NCBI GenBank assembly: GCA_963693365.1
Contig: CAVNZM010000024.1
Span: forward strand, 4,937-68,936
Origin: Amoebidium appalachense
Taxonomy: Eukaryota > Protista > Ichthyosporea
Direction: 5' to 3'
Length of the DNA: 64,000 bases
The notes under the pieces are model-generated. The model made no database searches. It was not told where the DNA came from and was given only the letters and a program-made list of their open reading frames with translations. Shown here piece by piece: positions 1 through 11,980 of the stretch; within the stretch, counting starts at the first letter, position 1; the number at the start of each line of letters is the position of its first letter. Both the position numbers and the translations under genes were made by a program.

Positions 1-2051
1 TTTGCAGATAGGATAAAATTCTTTATTTTTAATCATGCAAATGAAATTATTTTTTTTATTAACATCAATTATTTCATTAGTGTTAATAAGATGAGCAATT
101 ATTTATTGGAGGACTGAAGCTATACTAGCAGACATAAATATAGGGGGTATTATATTTATTTGCAGTATTTTTTTATATTATTAATAGGATGAAGATTGGA
201 TAATCTATCATTATTTAGAAACGGATCGGAATTCTTATTAAACTGATTGTCGATTATTTTCATGGTAATAATGTTAATGTAATTTTATTCTTAAATTTAT
301 CTCTCCGAATGGGGAGGCTATTTCTTACTAAAGCTATTATTTTTTAGTAAGGAATAGTACAGTAGTACTAGAGTATTATTGCAGGAATTGTTACTCTAAA
401 TACTTTAAATTTTCTTATTCTACTGTTTAAATTATTACTTTTTTAATTCTTTATCTTTTCTATCTTATTCTTTTACTACCTCTTGTTTAGTAAACGATGG
501 TATAGTTGTACCATAGTACTATCGCTGTTAAAATAGTAAAACAGAAGAAACATTTATTTAGTGTATATAAGAGGAAATAACCGGAAGTGAGTACTCCATA
601 GGCTTGTTGTATCCTGGCGATAAGAGCATAAGACTATCCTCTTAGAAAGTAGTCCCTTAAGAGATTATAACTGGCTCTCTAATTCTTAGAGTGCTGTAAT
701 TATAGTAGTTACACTACTCCCTTAGTAGGAAAGAATAAAGATGGCATCATAAAAAATGCTTAATTTCGACAGACCATACGGTATAGAAACGGTGTTTATT
801 AAAGCAGGTGGAGGTTTATTAGCAACAACTTTCTCCGTATCCATTCATACCAAATTGAGAGTACGAAGTAAAGTACTAGGAGATAAATTTTATGTATAAT
901 TCTATTCGGGCTACTACTTTTAAATTGTTGTACACATACTTTAGAAGCCCTTTATAATTTAGTTCCCCCCGAGAGTTATGGCTATTTTATGCTATTGTAG
1001 CAGCATTAGTATTTATATTAAATATCATGTATTGTTTTCATGATTATAAATTTAGAGATCTAATGAGGATTATCGGTTTATAACTATTTAATTTTGAGAG
1101 AGATTCCCTTGGATGTAGGAGTAGTTTTAATAATAACATATAATTTAAGCATTGAAAAAGGTACAGGGTACCAATTAGTATACAATCTGTAGTAGAAATC
1201 TTATACGAGACTGTTATGTATTAAGGGGGGGAGGGGTATATAACCTTGGAGAAGACGTTCATTTTTATTCTTTTGTTATCTTTCTATTAATTTCATATAT
1301 AGTACTTTTGAATTTAATAGGACGGATTCTTTATGGGTTTAGTGCTACAATTTATATTAGTGTTGCCTTATCATTTGAAATTGAATTGAGAGCTATTCCA
1401 CAAGGAGCTCCAATAGTTCTAGCTTCTTTATTACTAAGAATGGAATTAGTAAATTTTTCCGCTAGAGTACCCTCATTAGATATTTGTCTTCCTTCCAATA
1501 TCTCAACATGGCATTTTTCTTAAGTTTATTTACTTTAATACTCTTATCCGCTAAAGAAGTTTTGTTTTCAAATCAAGTTTATGCTATCACCTTTTCAATT
1601 GAAAGATATTATTCCTAATCTACGACACGAAACATTGTGTTTATTAGTTGAATATCTCGGATGCGAGCCTTATCGCTAAGAACCTTTCTTATGCTTTTAT
1701 AATCTGAGGATTCCAAACTTATCTAATACTCGAAACTCATTGTGGACTGACATTAGGAGCTAGATTAACGATTCGAAGCAGGGTTTACTGAAGCTATTTG
1801 TAGCTAGGTTAATGATTTAAAGCAAGGTTTACTTAAACTATTCATAGCTCAATTTACGGTTAGCCGTTTATGATTAGAGGTCCAAAGCGTGTCGCCTATG
1901 TTAGGTAATGTATGTACTCTAATTTTAGGGTGTATACTGTTAAGTGCATGGTATAAATCGATTGGTATCGTGTATGAATAAATAGGACTATGGGGTGCAT
2001 ATTAGAAAACAATGGTGTTATTATATGCATGAGTGTATAACATAAATGCAG

Positions 2052-2270
2052 GAATCAGTGGTGTTCTTGGGTACATGAGTAAATGATACTCTTAAGTCAA
2101 AGATGATCATACATGAATCAGTGGTGTCCTTGGGTACATGAATAAATGATGCTCTTAAATCAAAGATGATAGTGCATGAATAAGTGGTGTTCTAGGGTAC
2201 ATGAATAAATGATGTTCTTAAGTAAAATATGATCGTGCATGAATCCGTGGTGTTCTTGTATGAATAAATA
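2052..2270. repeat. 63-bp tandem repeat, ~3.5 copies
   Basis: gaat(c/a)(a/c)gtggtgt...ggtacatga(g/a)taaatgat units start at 2052, 2115, 2178 and 2241. Confidence 0.9.
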
Positions 2271-2798
2271 ATTGGTGCTTATTGAAAGAGGTATCGTTTA
2301 TCTGGTATTATTTAGCTGGTACCCTTTGTTCTTATTTAAAGAGGTATCGTTTATCTGGTACCTTAGTGCTTATTGAAAGAAGTATCTGTTTAGGTTTTAT
2401 GGTGTGAACGTGTTGGGTTGGTCGTTGATGTAAATGTGTAACAGCTCTCAGACAGCGGTCATTTGGTGACTATCGTCATGCTGTAAAAATGTAATAACTC
2501 TCATAGTGCTGTCATCTGTTGATTATCATCAAGATATTAACTTCTTGCGTTTGTTTAGTCGTTATGCAAACTTCTTGCGTTGGGTCTCAGTAGAGCCTTA
2601 TCGCTAAGAAACTTATGCTCTTGGGTACCTACGGAAGCCTACGGAACTTTCGCGGTGCTCCACTCTGAGGAGCCCAAACTCGTCTAGTACTTGCAACTCA
2701 CATTAGTACTTGCAACTCGCAGATGTCTTCTGGTGAATTATCTCTTGATATAATGTTTCTAGATAGAAGGTCTCTTGGTGTAACCATCTTGGGTTGAG

Positions 2799-2945
2799 TT
2801 GGTCGTTGATGCAAACGTGTTGGATTGGTCGTTGGTGCGAACGTATTGGATTGGTCATTGGTGCGAACGTATTGAATTGGTAGTTATGCTTTAGTGTGAT
2901 TTTCTTGTGTTGGTCGTTGGTGCGAACGTATTGGATTGGTAGTTA
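2799..2945. repeat. 26-bp tandem repeat (ttggtcgttggtgcgaacgtattgga)
   Basis: Units at 2799, 2825, 2851, 2877 (partial), with a further copy at ~2909. Confidence 0.85.
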
Positions 2946-4069
2946 TGCTTTAGTATATGAATAACAGGAATGCAAATACATGAATCAAATAAGGTTATGC
3001 ATGAGTGTATGAATAATAGGAATGCAAGAATTAATTGAGATCGCGCACGGGATAGCAAAAGTACATAGCATAGTTGCGCATGCGAATACCTAGTATGAAT
3101 AATAGGAGTGCAAAAAGCAATTTGGATCGTGCAGGAATTCGTGACGTTCTTGGGTGAAGGTAATAATTTTTGTATTTCGTAAATGGCTTAAAATGTACAC
3201 AAAAATTAAAAGGTTTACCTTGAATACCTAACTCCTCCCGGACCAAATCTAGCCCGGAAAGTCTCTTACCATTTAGAACGAGCTTATTATTAAAATTACT
3301 CACTAATGTACATAAAAACTAAAATTAAATTTGGATGAAAGACACTCATTTTCAAGAAAATAAGGTGCATGTAACAACTTTGGTAAATCATAAATGACTG
3401 AGAATGCTCTTTGTAATTTTAAGGTTTACCTCGAATACCTAATCCCCCGTCTTGGGTTGGTCATCATACCTTGATATGACCTTCTTGTGTAAAGTCTCAG
3501 TAGAGCTTTCTCGCTAAGGAACTTCCTTATGCTCTTGTCATTATACGACAAAAAGCTCATCTAGGACTTGCAACTTGTTGGCTGTTATTATTTGGATCTT
3601 TACTATTGTTATTATTTGTATATTTACTCTTATTATTCAATCTTTATTGCTATTACCTTAGTGCCATCTATGTTTATTACTATTGCTATTACTTTAATAC
3701 CATCTATGTTTGTTATTACTGCTTTCATTCTTTATCTCTCTATTGCTATCATTATTTGTATTTATACTTCTGTTACTCTTTCCTCACTATCTACTGCTGT
3801 CCCTATTTATCTCTCTACTGCGGTTAATATAGGTATCTCTATCGCTGTTACTCTTTCTTCTCTAACTACAGCTATTACTCTTTTTCACCACTTACAGCTA
3901 CCATTAGTATCCTTGTATCATTGTAACATTACAGCTACCATTGATATCCTTGTATCCTTAGATCATTACAGTTACCATTAGTATCCTTATATCATTGTAA
4001 CATTACGGCTTCCATTCTGGCTTATTGTATATTGTTATTTCTATTTATCTCATTGTATATTTGTGTTTT

Positions 4070-5160
4070 TGTGTGTTTCATCTCAGATCGTATAGTATAA
4101 GTTTATTGCTTGGTTACATTTAATTCCCTCTCGTATAATTTAGTATCAGTTTGTTGCATTCCTTGTTGTTATATTGCTTGATTCCATCTCGGATCGTTTA
4201 GTGTAAGTTTGTTGTTACATTGCTGGATTCTATCTGGGTCTCATTTCGTCTTGTGTAGGCTTAGTTACATCTTGGTCCCATCTCGTCTTGTGGAGGCTTA
4301 TTTATTAGTCCCATCTTGATTACATCTCGGATCGTCTAGTATCAGTTTGTTGCATTACTTGTTATTACATCACGTATCGTCTAATATAAGTTTGTTGCAT
4401 TACTTGTTGTTACATTGCTTGATTACATCTCGTATCGTCTAGTATAAGTTGGTTGCGTTTGTTGTTACATTGCTTGATTACATCTCGTATCATCTTGTGT
4501 CAATTTGTTGCATTATTTGTTATTACATTGCTTAATTCCATCTTGGATCGTCTTGTGTAGCTTTGTTGGATTATTTGTTGTTACATTACTTAATTCTATC
4601 TGGATCCCATCTCGGATTGTATAGTATAGATTTGTTTAATTACTTATGGTTACGTTGCTTGCTTGCATACATACTTTTATTTCGTATCGTTATGCTGTAT
4701 GTTGTTATTTATTAATTATTGCTTCCTTGCTTGCTTACTTAGTTATATCTTAATTGCATTTCGTATAATCTTGTTGCTTGCTTGCATACATACTTTCATT
4801 TCGTATCGTTGTGCTGTATATTGTAGTTTATTAATTATTGCTTTCTTGCTTACTTAGTTACATCTTAATTGCATTTCGTATAATCTTGTTGCTTGCTTCC
4901 ATTGTGATTACATCTCGTATTGTCTAGTATAGATTTGTTTAATGGCTTGTGGTTACATTGCTTGCTTTCATTTCGTATCATTGTACTGTATCTTGTAGTT
5001 TATTAATTATTGTTTTCTTGCTTACTTAATTACATCTTAGTTTCATCATGATTTCATTTCGTATAATCTTGTAGCTTGCTTCCGTCTGGACTCAATCTTA
5101 GCTACATTTCATAAGGTCTTATTGCTTGATTCCATCTTGGCTACATCTTGACTCCATATC
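4070..5160. repeat. Degenerate minisatellite of ~58-bp units (gattacatctcgtatcgtctagtataagtttgttgcattacttgttgttacattgctt), with larger duplicated blocks at 4650-5080
   Basis: Recurrent ttacatctcg(t/g)atcgtctagtat and gttacattgctt motifs. Confidence 0.8.
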
Positions 5161-5766
5161 ATCTTATAAAGAACTAAAACAAATAACTCTAATTATTCAA
5201 TTCCCTTTTCTATACCTTATTAATAAAATAATTACAAATCTTAATGTAGTTACTATTCCATATTCCACGATTAACTGTCCATATTCTCTTGTTAATCCTC
5301 CTCCTTCTTTATCCCTTTCTAATCACACAATTAGGCCTACTCCTATTATTGAAATTTTATAAACTCAATTACTTTTACTTCTACTTTGTCCATTCTTGCT
5401 AAACATTACAATTAAAACTACTATACCTACTAATGCTATAATTGTTACATTTTTATTACATAAGTTATATTACACGTCTCTTTCCTACTATTGAATAGTT
5501 TAATTCAACTCCTAAATTATTATAATTAGAGCAATTTCTTCCTTTCTTACATTTAAGATTCCTATAAAATCGGATTTCTAATTGGTTAAACCTCAAAATT
5601 TCAGATCGTCACCCTAAAATTTGACAATTTACCACTTTCTGGATTTAGGATTGGAATTATCATCTTATATCGTGACAGAAGCTTCAAGTAAGAGTAGAGA
5701 GGCGAGGGGGCTATGTGAAATAACTAGACCACCCCCAACTATGTAGAATCTACACCTCCCTACCCT

Positions 5767-6066
5767 ATGAGCGTAGTAAAGAAGAAGGGAGGAGGGGGCG
5801 AGCTCTTGATGGGCATGTTCAGGTTCTCTCTGTCGTGGTATAGGAGACACAAGGAGGACACACGGAAGAACTTTGTGGGGTACCCATTCCTGCTAGTGAA
5901 AATGGTGGAATTAGTGGGTGGTATGGACGCAGAGGTGGTGGCCAGGCTGGTGCCTGCCGTCAAAAGCAAGGTGACTAGAGTAAAGTGTGACAGGGTGTGG
6001 GTTCAGCTGGAGAGGGACCTTAAAAACTACCACATGCTTGTGGAATACAACATGTTCTGCCTGTAG
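5767..6066 (+). CDS. Minimal VLTF3-like late transcription factor (C-terminal domain only)
   Basis: RKNFVGYPFLLVKMVELVG...VKSKVTRVKCDRVWVQL resembles the VLTF3 C-terminal pattern RKNFxxYxYxLxKxxELxG...LKSxxKxxxxDxxW. Confidence 0.65.
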   Translation: MSVVKKKGGGGELLMGMFRFSLSWYRRHKEDTRKNFVGYPFLLVKMVELVGGMDAEVVARLVPAVKSKVTRVKCDRVWVQLERDLKNYHMLVEYNMFCL

Positions 6067-6184
6067 CCTGGTGCTACTTGTACCTAAAGACAAGACAAGC
6101 CTTGTGCACAATACATTAGGGGTAGCAGGCGGTGGTAGGGGGGTGTGCCAGCACGTACCCACACTACCGTCGACCCACTCAAGT

Positions 6185-6376
6185 TTATTTGAACACCACA
6201 GGTGCCGTGCGTATGGGACGGTTGGCGTTGATACCGGACAACGGTACGGTGTAGGCCAACGGACGTTGCCGAAAGTCACGTATGGTGGAGACGTCCATAA
6301 CGTTCAAGTTGTTGTTCTGCTCCGGAAAAATGAACGGCTTCTTGCGTATAGGGGGGCCGCCAATGTTGAGCTCCAT
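6185..6376 (-). CDS. Small hypothetical protein
   Basis: ATG in AACATG context, stop overlaps AATAAA, AAAATATTGTG motif ~40 nt upstream. Confidence 0.45.
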   Translation of the reverse strand: MELNIGGPPIRKKPFIFPEQNNNLNVMDVSTIRDFRQRPLAYTVPLSGINANRPIRTAPVVFK

Positions 6377-6419
6377 GTTGCTGCTGCTGCAGGGTGTTTA
6401 CACAACCACACACAATATT

Positions 6420-6674
6420 TTAGAAGGTTTGGAAGGAGCTCTTGTCGGCAGCCACGGGCCAGGGTGTGTACGTGGCCGGCTTCGGTCTCATGGTCCCCCC
6501 TGGACCCTCAATGACGGTGTTTCCTGGTCCGTAGAACGGGCGGGTGTGGGGTACGGGTCCGGGGGCAGGCCGGGTGCGGTAGGGGGAGGGGTACGGGGAG
6601 GGGGACAAGCGTGTGTGGCAACGCATACATGCGCATGTGCTCCGTGTTGGGTGCCATGGTGGTGGTGGTGCCAC
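6420..6674 (-). CDS. Small Pro-rich hypothetical protein
   Basis: Fills the gap in a tandem minus-strand gene array. Confidence 0.35.
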   Translation of the reverse strand: MAPPPPWHPTRSTCACMRCHTRLSPSPYPSPYRTRPAPGPVPHTRPFYGPGNTVIEGPGGTMRPKPATYTPWPVAADKSSFQTF

Positions 6675-6692
6675 TGTTGCCTGTGCCGTAGA

Positions 6693-8988
6693 TTATTTAC
6701 CCTTCTTCTTGCCCTTCTTCTTGCCCTTCTTCTTCTTGTCCTTGTTCCACTCCGAGTCAACCATGGGCACGGCGTTCGAGTTGCCGCCGGAGTGCCGGAG
6801 GGCGAACCGTGCCAGGTGCAGCCAGTAGTCAGGATTGGGGGCTTGGCTGCCTGTTGCCTGTGAAGGCAGGACTCGTGCGTGCGGGTGTCGTGTGTGGCTG
6901 GGCAGGTCGCCAGGCCCGTACTCGTCGTGCCGGGTGCTTGGCCTTGACCTTGGCCAGGGGGGAGGGACGGGGCCGGGCTTGGGGGGCCTTGTGGCCTTGG
7001 TCTTGGACGTGGTCTTGGTGTCGGCAAGGAGGCCGGTGACATTATTGACACCCTCGAGTATGGCTGTCATGTTGTAGCCCTTGCTCTTTGCATAGTCCTG
7101 CGCCAGCACCCAGCCGAGCATTTTCAGCTCACCCATAGTGTCCCTCTCCCCCAGTATGGCCTCGGCAAGGTTACCTCCACCGGCTATACCGGCAAAACCT
7201 TCCCCGCCGGGCACAAGCCTCCGGGCTGCGTTAGCAAAGACCGCCTTCACGTAGGGGTCAATGATAGGGTTGTCCCACCCCGTCCCGTCCCCCGCCACCC
7301 GGCTCAGGAACTCCTCCGGGCTTTCCCCCCTTAGCTTAGCGAACCGTTCCCACGCCCGCTCCCACAGGCCGGGTGTGCTCGGCGCCGTGACCCCATTCTT
7401 CTCCTTCACAGACAGGGCAGGGGACGTGGGGGGTCTCCACACGTCAGGGGTCCCTCCACCTACCGGAGAGACCGTCACAGGCTTCTTGGTCTTTGGGTAC
7501 GACATGTCGCCGTCGTGGCCGATGGTGGCGAGTGCAGTGGTGGTGGTGGGACCCTCAATGCCGAGTGGCCGGGGTAGGTCCTCCCCTCCGCGTGCATGGT
7601 ACTCAAGCATGGCCTGTTTCGAAGCCTTAGGCTCGTTCTTCTTGATTCCCCAGGCAAACAACTTGATGGTTTGGTACACGGGGTCGGTCAGCATCCATTT
7701 CCACAGGTCGGGGCTCTCTTCCTTCAAGCGCACCTCCCAGTCCCACATGGGTTTCTGGAACTCGAAATACTCGGTAAAATCTGGCAGCTTCCACACCGTG
7801 AGGCCTCTCTCCTCTTCGGGGGCCGGGGTGTGCCCTTCAGGGGGCTTGACGGGCACCAGGGGAAAGGCCTCGGCCCACATCTGGAGCGGATAGTTCCCCG
7901 AGCCCGACTGCTTGGACGGCTGCATGACGGCAGGGGGGTTGGGTCCACGGTAGGCGGGGGACTGGGGTAGGGGTCGGGGGCGTAGGGGTGGGAAGGCTAT
8001 GGTGGGGCCGTGGGCAGGTGCTACAGGGGCCTCCACCTGCTTGCCGGCGGTGGAGGGGGGCCGGGAGCCAGGACGGGCGCTGCTGGTGCGTGTCACGGGC
8101 AGGCCGGGCCCGGCGGCCCTGCTGGGGGCTGGCCGTGACCGGTGGGCCACGGACTGGGGCATGAAGCCCTTTGCCGTCACGGGCGGCTTGGCAGGCAGGT
8201 GGGGTGCCACCGGGGTCTTTGGCGGTCCCCCAGGGTGCCAGCCGGGGGATGGGTAAGGTATGGGTGGGCCGTCGGGCTTGGCCGGTAGGTGGGGGGCCAC
8301 CGGGGTCTTTGGCGGTCCCCCAGGGTGCCAGCCGGGGGGTGGGTAAGGTATGGGTGGGCCGTCGGGCTTGGCCGGTAGGTGGGGTGCAACTGGGGTCTTT
8401 GGCGGGCCCCCAGGGTGCCAGCCGGGGGGTGGGTAGGGTAGGGGGTGGCTTGGCCGGCAGGTGGGGTGCCGCAGGGGTCTTTGGCGGGCCCCCAGGGTGC
8501 CAATCGGGGGGTGGGTAGGGTATGGGTGGGGCTTGAGGTGGTGGGGGTGCCTGGGTAGGTGTGGGGAACGGTACGGGTACGGGTGCCACGTCGGGTAAGG
8601 GAGAAGGGGGAGGTCTGGGCCTGGTCCACACGTATGAGCTACCATACTTGTCCTTGAGGTGGGGGTAGTAGTCCATATAGTCTAGGTCCACCTTAACCAC
8701 CTCCGGCAGATGCCCGCCCCACAACGACCCACCGTTACGGTCGGGGTCCATGTACTTGAGCTTGAGAAAGGCCTCGGGGCCCTCCCTTACGAGCTTACGG
8801 TAATCATCCGGGTGCAACCGCTGCTGCAAAGACCCAAACAAACCGACAGGGAGTGCACGCCACGTTTCCCCATCGTGCGGGTGCTTGTAGCTGACACGGT
8901 AATAGCCCACACGTTGTAACCAACCCAAATCCTTGTCCAAGTCGTCAGTGTGCCCATCTTGCTGCACGTGTGTGGTCATGGTGGACAC
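6693..8988 (-). CDS. Large Pro-rich protein with basic tail, one frameshift near 8445
   Basis: ORFs 7837-8988 and 6693-8645 join through the same repeat IPYPPPGWHPGGPPKTPVAPHLPAKP; ends KKKKGKKKGKKKGK. Confidence 0.65.
8180..8530 (-). repeat. 90-bp (30-aa) coding tandem repeat, 4 copies
   Basis: ggcgg(t/g)cccccagggtgcca at 8221, 8311, 8401 and 8483; the last spacing is 82 nt, which breaks the frame. Confidence 0.9.
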
Positions 8989-9012
8989 GGTGTTGTTGTA
9001 AAGTGGTGTTTA

Positions 9013-9393
9013 TTATTTGGAGAACCCGGCATACTGTGCCATGGGTTGTCTGGTAAAGCTGTTCTGGGGGTCACCACTACGACCCACCCTCACGGGCGTA
9101 AAGTCAAGGTAGTAGGCCTGGTTGTTGAACGGGAGACCCCGGCTGCCCAGACCACTCCTGCCCGGCATGGAGGGTAGGTGGTTGTCGGGGGGTAGGTTGT
9201 TGAAAGTCGGCAGCTCACGGAACGGTACACCGTACACCCCGGCCTGGAAGGTACCGTCACTGTCCGTGTGTCGTGCACGGTAGGGGGCTGCATAGGCAGC
9301 CTCATACTCGGCCTGTGGAGCTACCTTGTAGCCGTACACGGCAGCCTGGGCGGGTGTAGGTGCCCACGGTATGGAGGTTGTGTCGGTAGCCAT
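9013..9393 (-). CDS. Hypothetical protein downstream of the major capsid gene, possibly virion-associated
   Basis: Clean ORF, AACATG start, stop followed by AATAAA. Confidence 0.6.
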   Translation of the reverse strand: MATDTTSIPWAPTPAQAAVYGYKVAPQAEYEAAYAAPYRARHTDSDGTFQAGVYGVPFRELPTFNNLPPDNHLPSMPGRSGLGSRGLPFNNQAYYLDFTPVRVGRSGDPQNSFTRQPMAQYAGFSK

Positions 9394-9447
9394 GTTTGTC
9401 GTGTGTCAGTGCTTGTTGTATGTAGCCAGACACAATTTAGCGTGACT

Positions 9448-11196
9448 CTAGGCCTCCACCGTCACCTCACGGGCACCAGACAGCACAAGCACGTTCTCAT
9501 GGTGAACAAACGTGTCAAGGGTCAGGTCGTCGTACTCGTTGGCTCTGGAGGTGCCGCTGGTGAACTTCTCCGTGTTGAGGTGCAGCAGAATGGGGGTGGC
9601 ATCGGAGCTGGTGTCGAGGCCAGAGTACAGGTCACGGTCCCTCTCCAGGTCAAGGGCAATCATGAACTGTTTATCCGGCCAGGCGGTGCTGTTGTACATG
9701 CAGTCGGCCGTGACGTCGCCCAAGAAGTACAGGGCCTTGGCCAACTCCGCCCATGCCTCGGCACAGTTGTTTGAGGACACTCGAATCTCGTCGAGGGGCT
9801 TCTGGTAGGGTCCTATCTTGATCTGGTAACTGGTGATGTTGCTACGCGTGGACCTGAACGTCTCGCTGTTGGCCTGGGCCCAGTCGTTGCCACTCCTCAC
9901 GAGGGACAACAGGGACTTGACGTTCCGCCCCCGGAACGAAATGTGCAGGTCGGCAGGACTACCCCCTTTGACGTAGCTCTGGAAATGGGTGAACGTGCTG
10001 TATGGAATATACACGTTCTTCTCCATCAGAGCCTTCTCAAAGCCGGCCGTGTACACGGCATTCCACTCGATGATTTCACAGTGGAAGACGGGGTTGATAA
10101 TTTCGTAGGACACGTCCTTCACCCATTCCCCGTTCTCGGTGGGCACGTACAGCACCTGGTTGGCCTCCCCGAGAGACAGTTCGATCTGTACCTCCCCCAT
10201 GTAGGACAAGGGCAGGTACCTGCCGGAACGCATGAGGCCGAGCTTGAGCTGATGAATGTAGGTGAACCCGTCGGTGGCATCGATCTGGGCCTGCATGTTG
10301 GCCTGGTGGGGAGGCCACTTGGCCACCCTCTTGGTGTAGTCGAGGTACTTGCCGTCCGTAATGCGGTCCTTGCCGGGCACATTGCCGGCCTCGGCGGGTG
10401 TGGGCACCAGGGTCTCGTCGGCAAGGGGGGCTACGTCCTTGAGCTTTTCAATACCAAACAGCTTCTTGAGCGGGTCGGGGTTGAAGAGGGCGTATTTACT
10501 ATCGACCGACGTATTCCACTTGTCAGCGTACTCCCAGTCGTCGTCCTGGGGCCCGTAGGTGCCGTGCATGCGGCCGGCAGGGCAGTTGCCGTAATCAGCC
10601 GACGACAGGAAGCGTTCAAGGTTGATCATGAGGTGGTTGTACCCAGAAATGTCCTCCACGGTAGTGCCGTTGATGGACACACGGGCACGGTCAAAGGGGG
10701 CAGCCGAGGAGCACAGGTGACCACCCATCATGGCCATACCCTCCAGGTTGCGGACCTTGAGAGGGAAAATGTCCTTACTGGCAACAGGCGTCGGATTGAG
10801 GGTGTCGGTTGCAAGCGTCGCGGGCTGGGGTACAGTGGTACCCTCATAGCTGACAGTGTCCGCATCGCTGACAATGGGGTGGTCGAGCTGGCCGGGGAGG
10901 GGGAACTTGCGCATTCTCTCCACCTTGACACCCACGTTCTCGGGGGCGTTGGGGACGTTGGCCTTGAACTGGAACGTCATGTAGCTGTTGAGACAGTCCA
11001 GGAAGCCCACGGCAGGCAGGGAGAACCGAATCACACGCTGCCCCTTGGAGCTGTACGTCGAGCCGGTCACCGGGTAGGTCTTGACGGTCGACCGGCGGTT
11101 AATGTGGCTGAGCTCGACGGGCGAGTAGGTGCCGGCGTCCGTCAGCTTGTGGTAGGCCAGGTTGAGGGGCACGGAGGCGTCGTAGGGGGCTGCCAT
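9448..11196 (-). CDS. PLV-type double jelly-roll major capsid protein
   Basis: VIRFSLPAVGFLDCLNSYMTFQF, PFDRARVSINGTTVEDISGYNHL, RYLPLSYMGEVQIELSL, FMIALDLE...SGLDT; adjacent to the packaging ATPase. Confidence 0.85.
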   Translation of the reverse strand: MAAPYDASVPLNLAYHKLTDAGTYSPVELSHINRRSTVKTYPVTGSTYSSKGQRVIRFSLPAVGFLDCLNSYMTFQFKANVPNAPENVGVKVERMRKFPLPGQLDHPIVSDADTVSYEGTTVPQPATLATDTLNPTPVASKDIFPLKVRNLEGMAMMGGHLCSSAAPFDRARVSINGTTVEDISGYNHLMINLERFLSSADYGNCPAGRMHGTYGPQDDDWEYADKWNTSVDSKYALFNPDPLKKLFGIEKLKDVAPLADETLVPTPAEAGNVPGKDRITDGKYLDYTKRVAKWPPHQANMQAQIDATDGFTYIHQLKLGLMRSGRYLPLSYMGEVQIELSLGEANQVLYVPTENGEWVKDVSYEIINPVFHCEIIEWNAVYTAGFEKALMEKNVYIPYSTFTHFQSYVKGGSPADLHISFRGRNVKSLLSLVRSGNDWAQANSETFRSTRSNITSYQIKIGPYQKPLDEIRVSSNNCAEAWAELAKALYFLGDVTADCMYNSTAWPDKQFMIALDLERDRDLYSGLDTSSDATPILLHLNTEKFTSGTSRANEYDDLTLDTFVHHENVLVLSGAREVTVEA

Positions 11197-11208
11197 GTTG
11201 CCGGTGTG

Positions 11209-11952
11209 TTACTCATGGTCGACATTTTTTTCACCCGTGCCGAGCACCACCTCCTCCTCAAAATTGCGGAACATTCGGCCCTCATTCAGCCGGATGAACA
11301 AAAAATCGTGCTTGTCCCGGTAGACCGTGTCCATGAGCTCGAAAAACTGGGGGGTTTCGAGGGCCGGCAAGAACTCGTCCCTCAACACCTTGAGCTCGGT
11401 GTTGTTGGTGTTCTTAAAATAGACCAAGGCATCGGCCTGGCTACGCAGCTCGAGGGGGATCTTGTTCAATTTCTGCCCCACCATCATCACCGACACACCG
11501 ATGTGTCGTCGGTTCTGTGCCATACGGACAAATTCACGGAGGTTGCCGGATTTTCTGAAAATGTGGGACATGTCGTCAAACACCAACAACATCCGGTAGT
11601 TGGGGTTAACCTTCTTGTGTTGGAGGGACAGTTTGAGGATCTCGGGGAGGAAGGTGACGTCCTGGTGCAGGCGGGCCTTGGGAATTTTCAGGGCCGTGCC
11701 GAGGGTGTGCATGCTCGGGCTGAAAATGTACACACGGTCAAACTGTTTATTGTAGAACTCGCCCTCCCGGGCAATGAGGTTGACGAGCAGGTTGGACTTG
11801 CCAGAACCAGGCTGGCCAATAAGCAAAAAGAAGAACACGTTGTCCATGAGGGGGTACGGTACGTTGAGTTTGGTGTCACACGTCATCGGAATGTGCTCCA
11901 CCGACAGTGGTGCCGGCAGGGGGTTCACGGCTATGGGTGGGGCAGGGTGCAT
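11209..11952 (-). CDS. A32/FtsK-HerA family DNA packaging ATPase
   Basis: Walker A GQPGSGKS, Walker B LLVFDDM, RH...S...Q motif and IPLELRSQAD. Confidence 0.92.
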   Translation of the reverse strand: MHPAPPIAVNPLPAPLSVEHIPMTCDTKLNVPYPLMDNVFFFLLIGQPGSGKSNLLVNLIAREGEFYNKQFDRVYIFSPSMHTLGTALKIPKARLHQDVTFLPEILKLSLQHKKVNPNYRMLLVFDDMSHIFRKSGNLREFVRMAQNRRHIGVSVMMVGQKLNKIPLELRSQADALVYFKNTNNTELKVLRDEFLPALETPQFFELMDTVYRDKHDFLFIRLNEGRMFRNFEEEVVLGTGEKNVDHE

Positions 11953-11980
11953 GGTGTCACTCAGTGTACGGTAGCTAAAA

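Larger units (their letters stand above)
1..5690. other. AT-rich host-like flank: degenerate repeats, no credible genes
   Basis: Visibly very AT-rich and TpA-rich; only short low-complexity ORFs; abrupt switch to GC-rich coding DNA at ~5690. Confidence 0.75.

Noticed and set aside
1308-1523. RAIPQGAPI resembles the reverse-transcriptase GxPQG motif
   Set aside because: No YADD or other RT motifs in frame, and the ORF is only 71 aa; at most an unrecognisable relic
2052-2945. Regularly spaced repeats as a CRISPR array
   Set aside because: Units are tandem with no unique spacers, no cas genes, eukaryotic context
3031-5362. Short hydrophobic ORFs in the AT-rich flank
   Set aside because: Translations of low-complexity repeats with non-ATG starts
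5691-6400. Long terminal inverted repeat
   Set aside because: No extended reverse-complement copy of the left end was found in the window by eye
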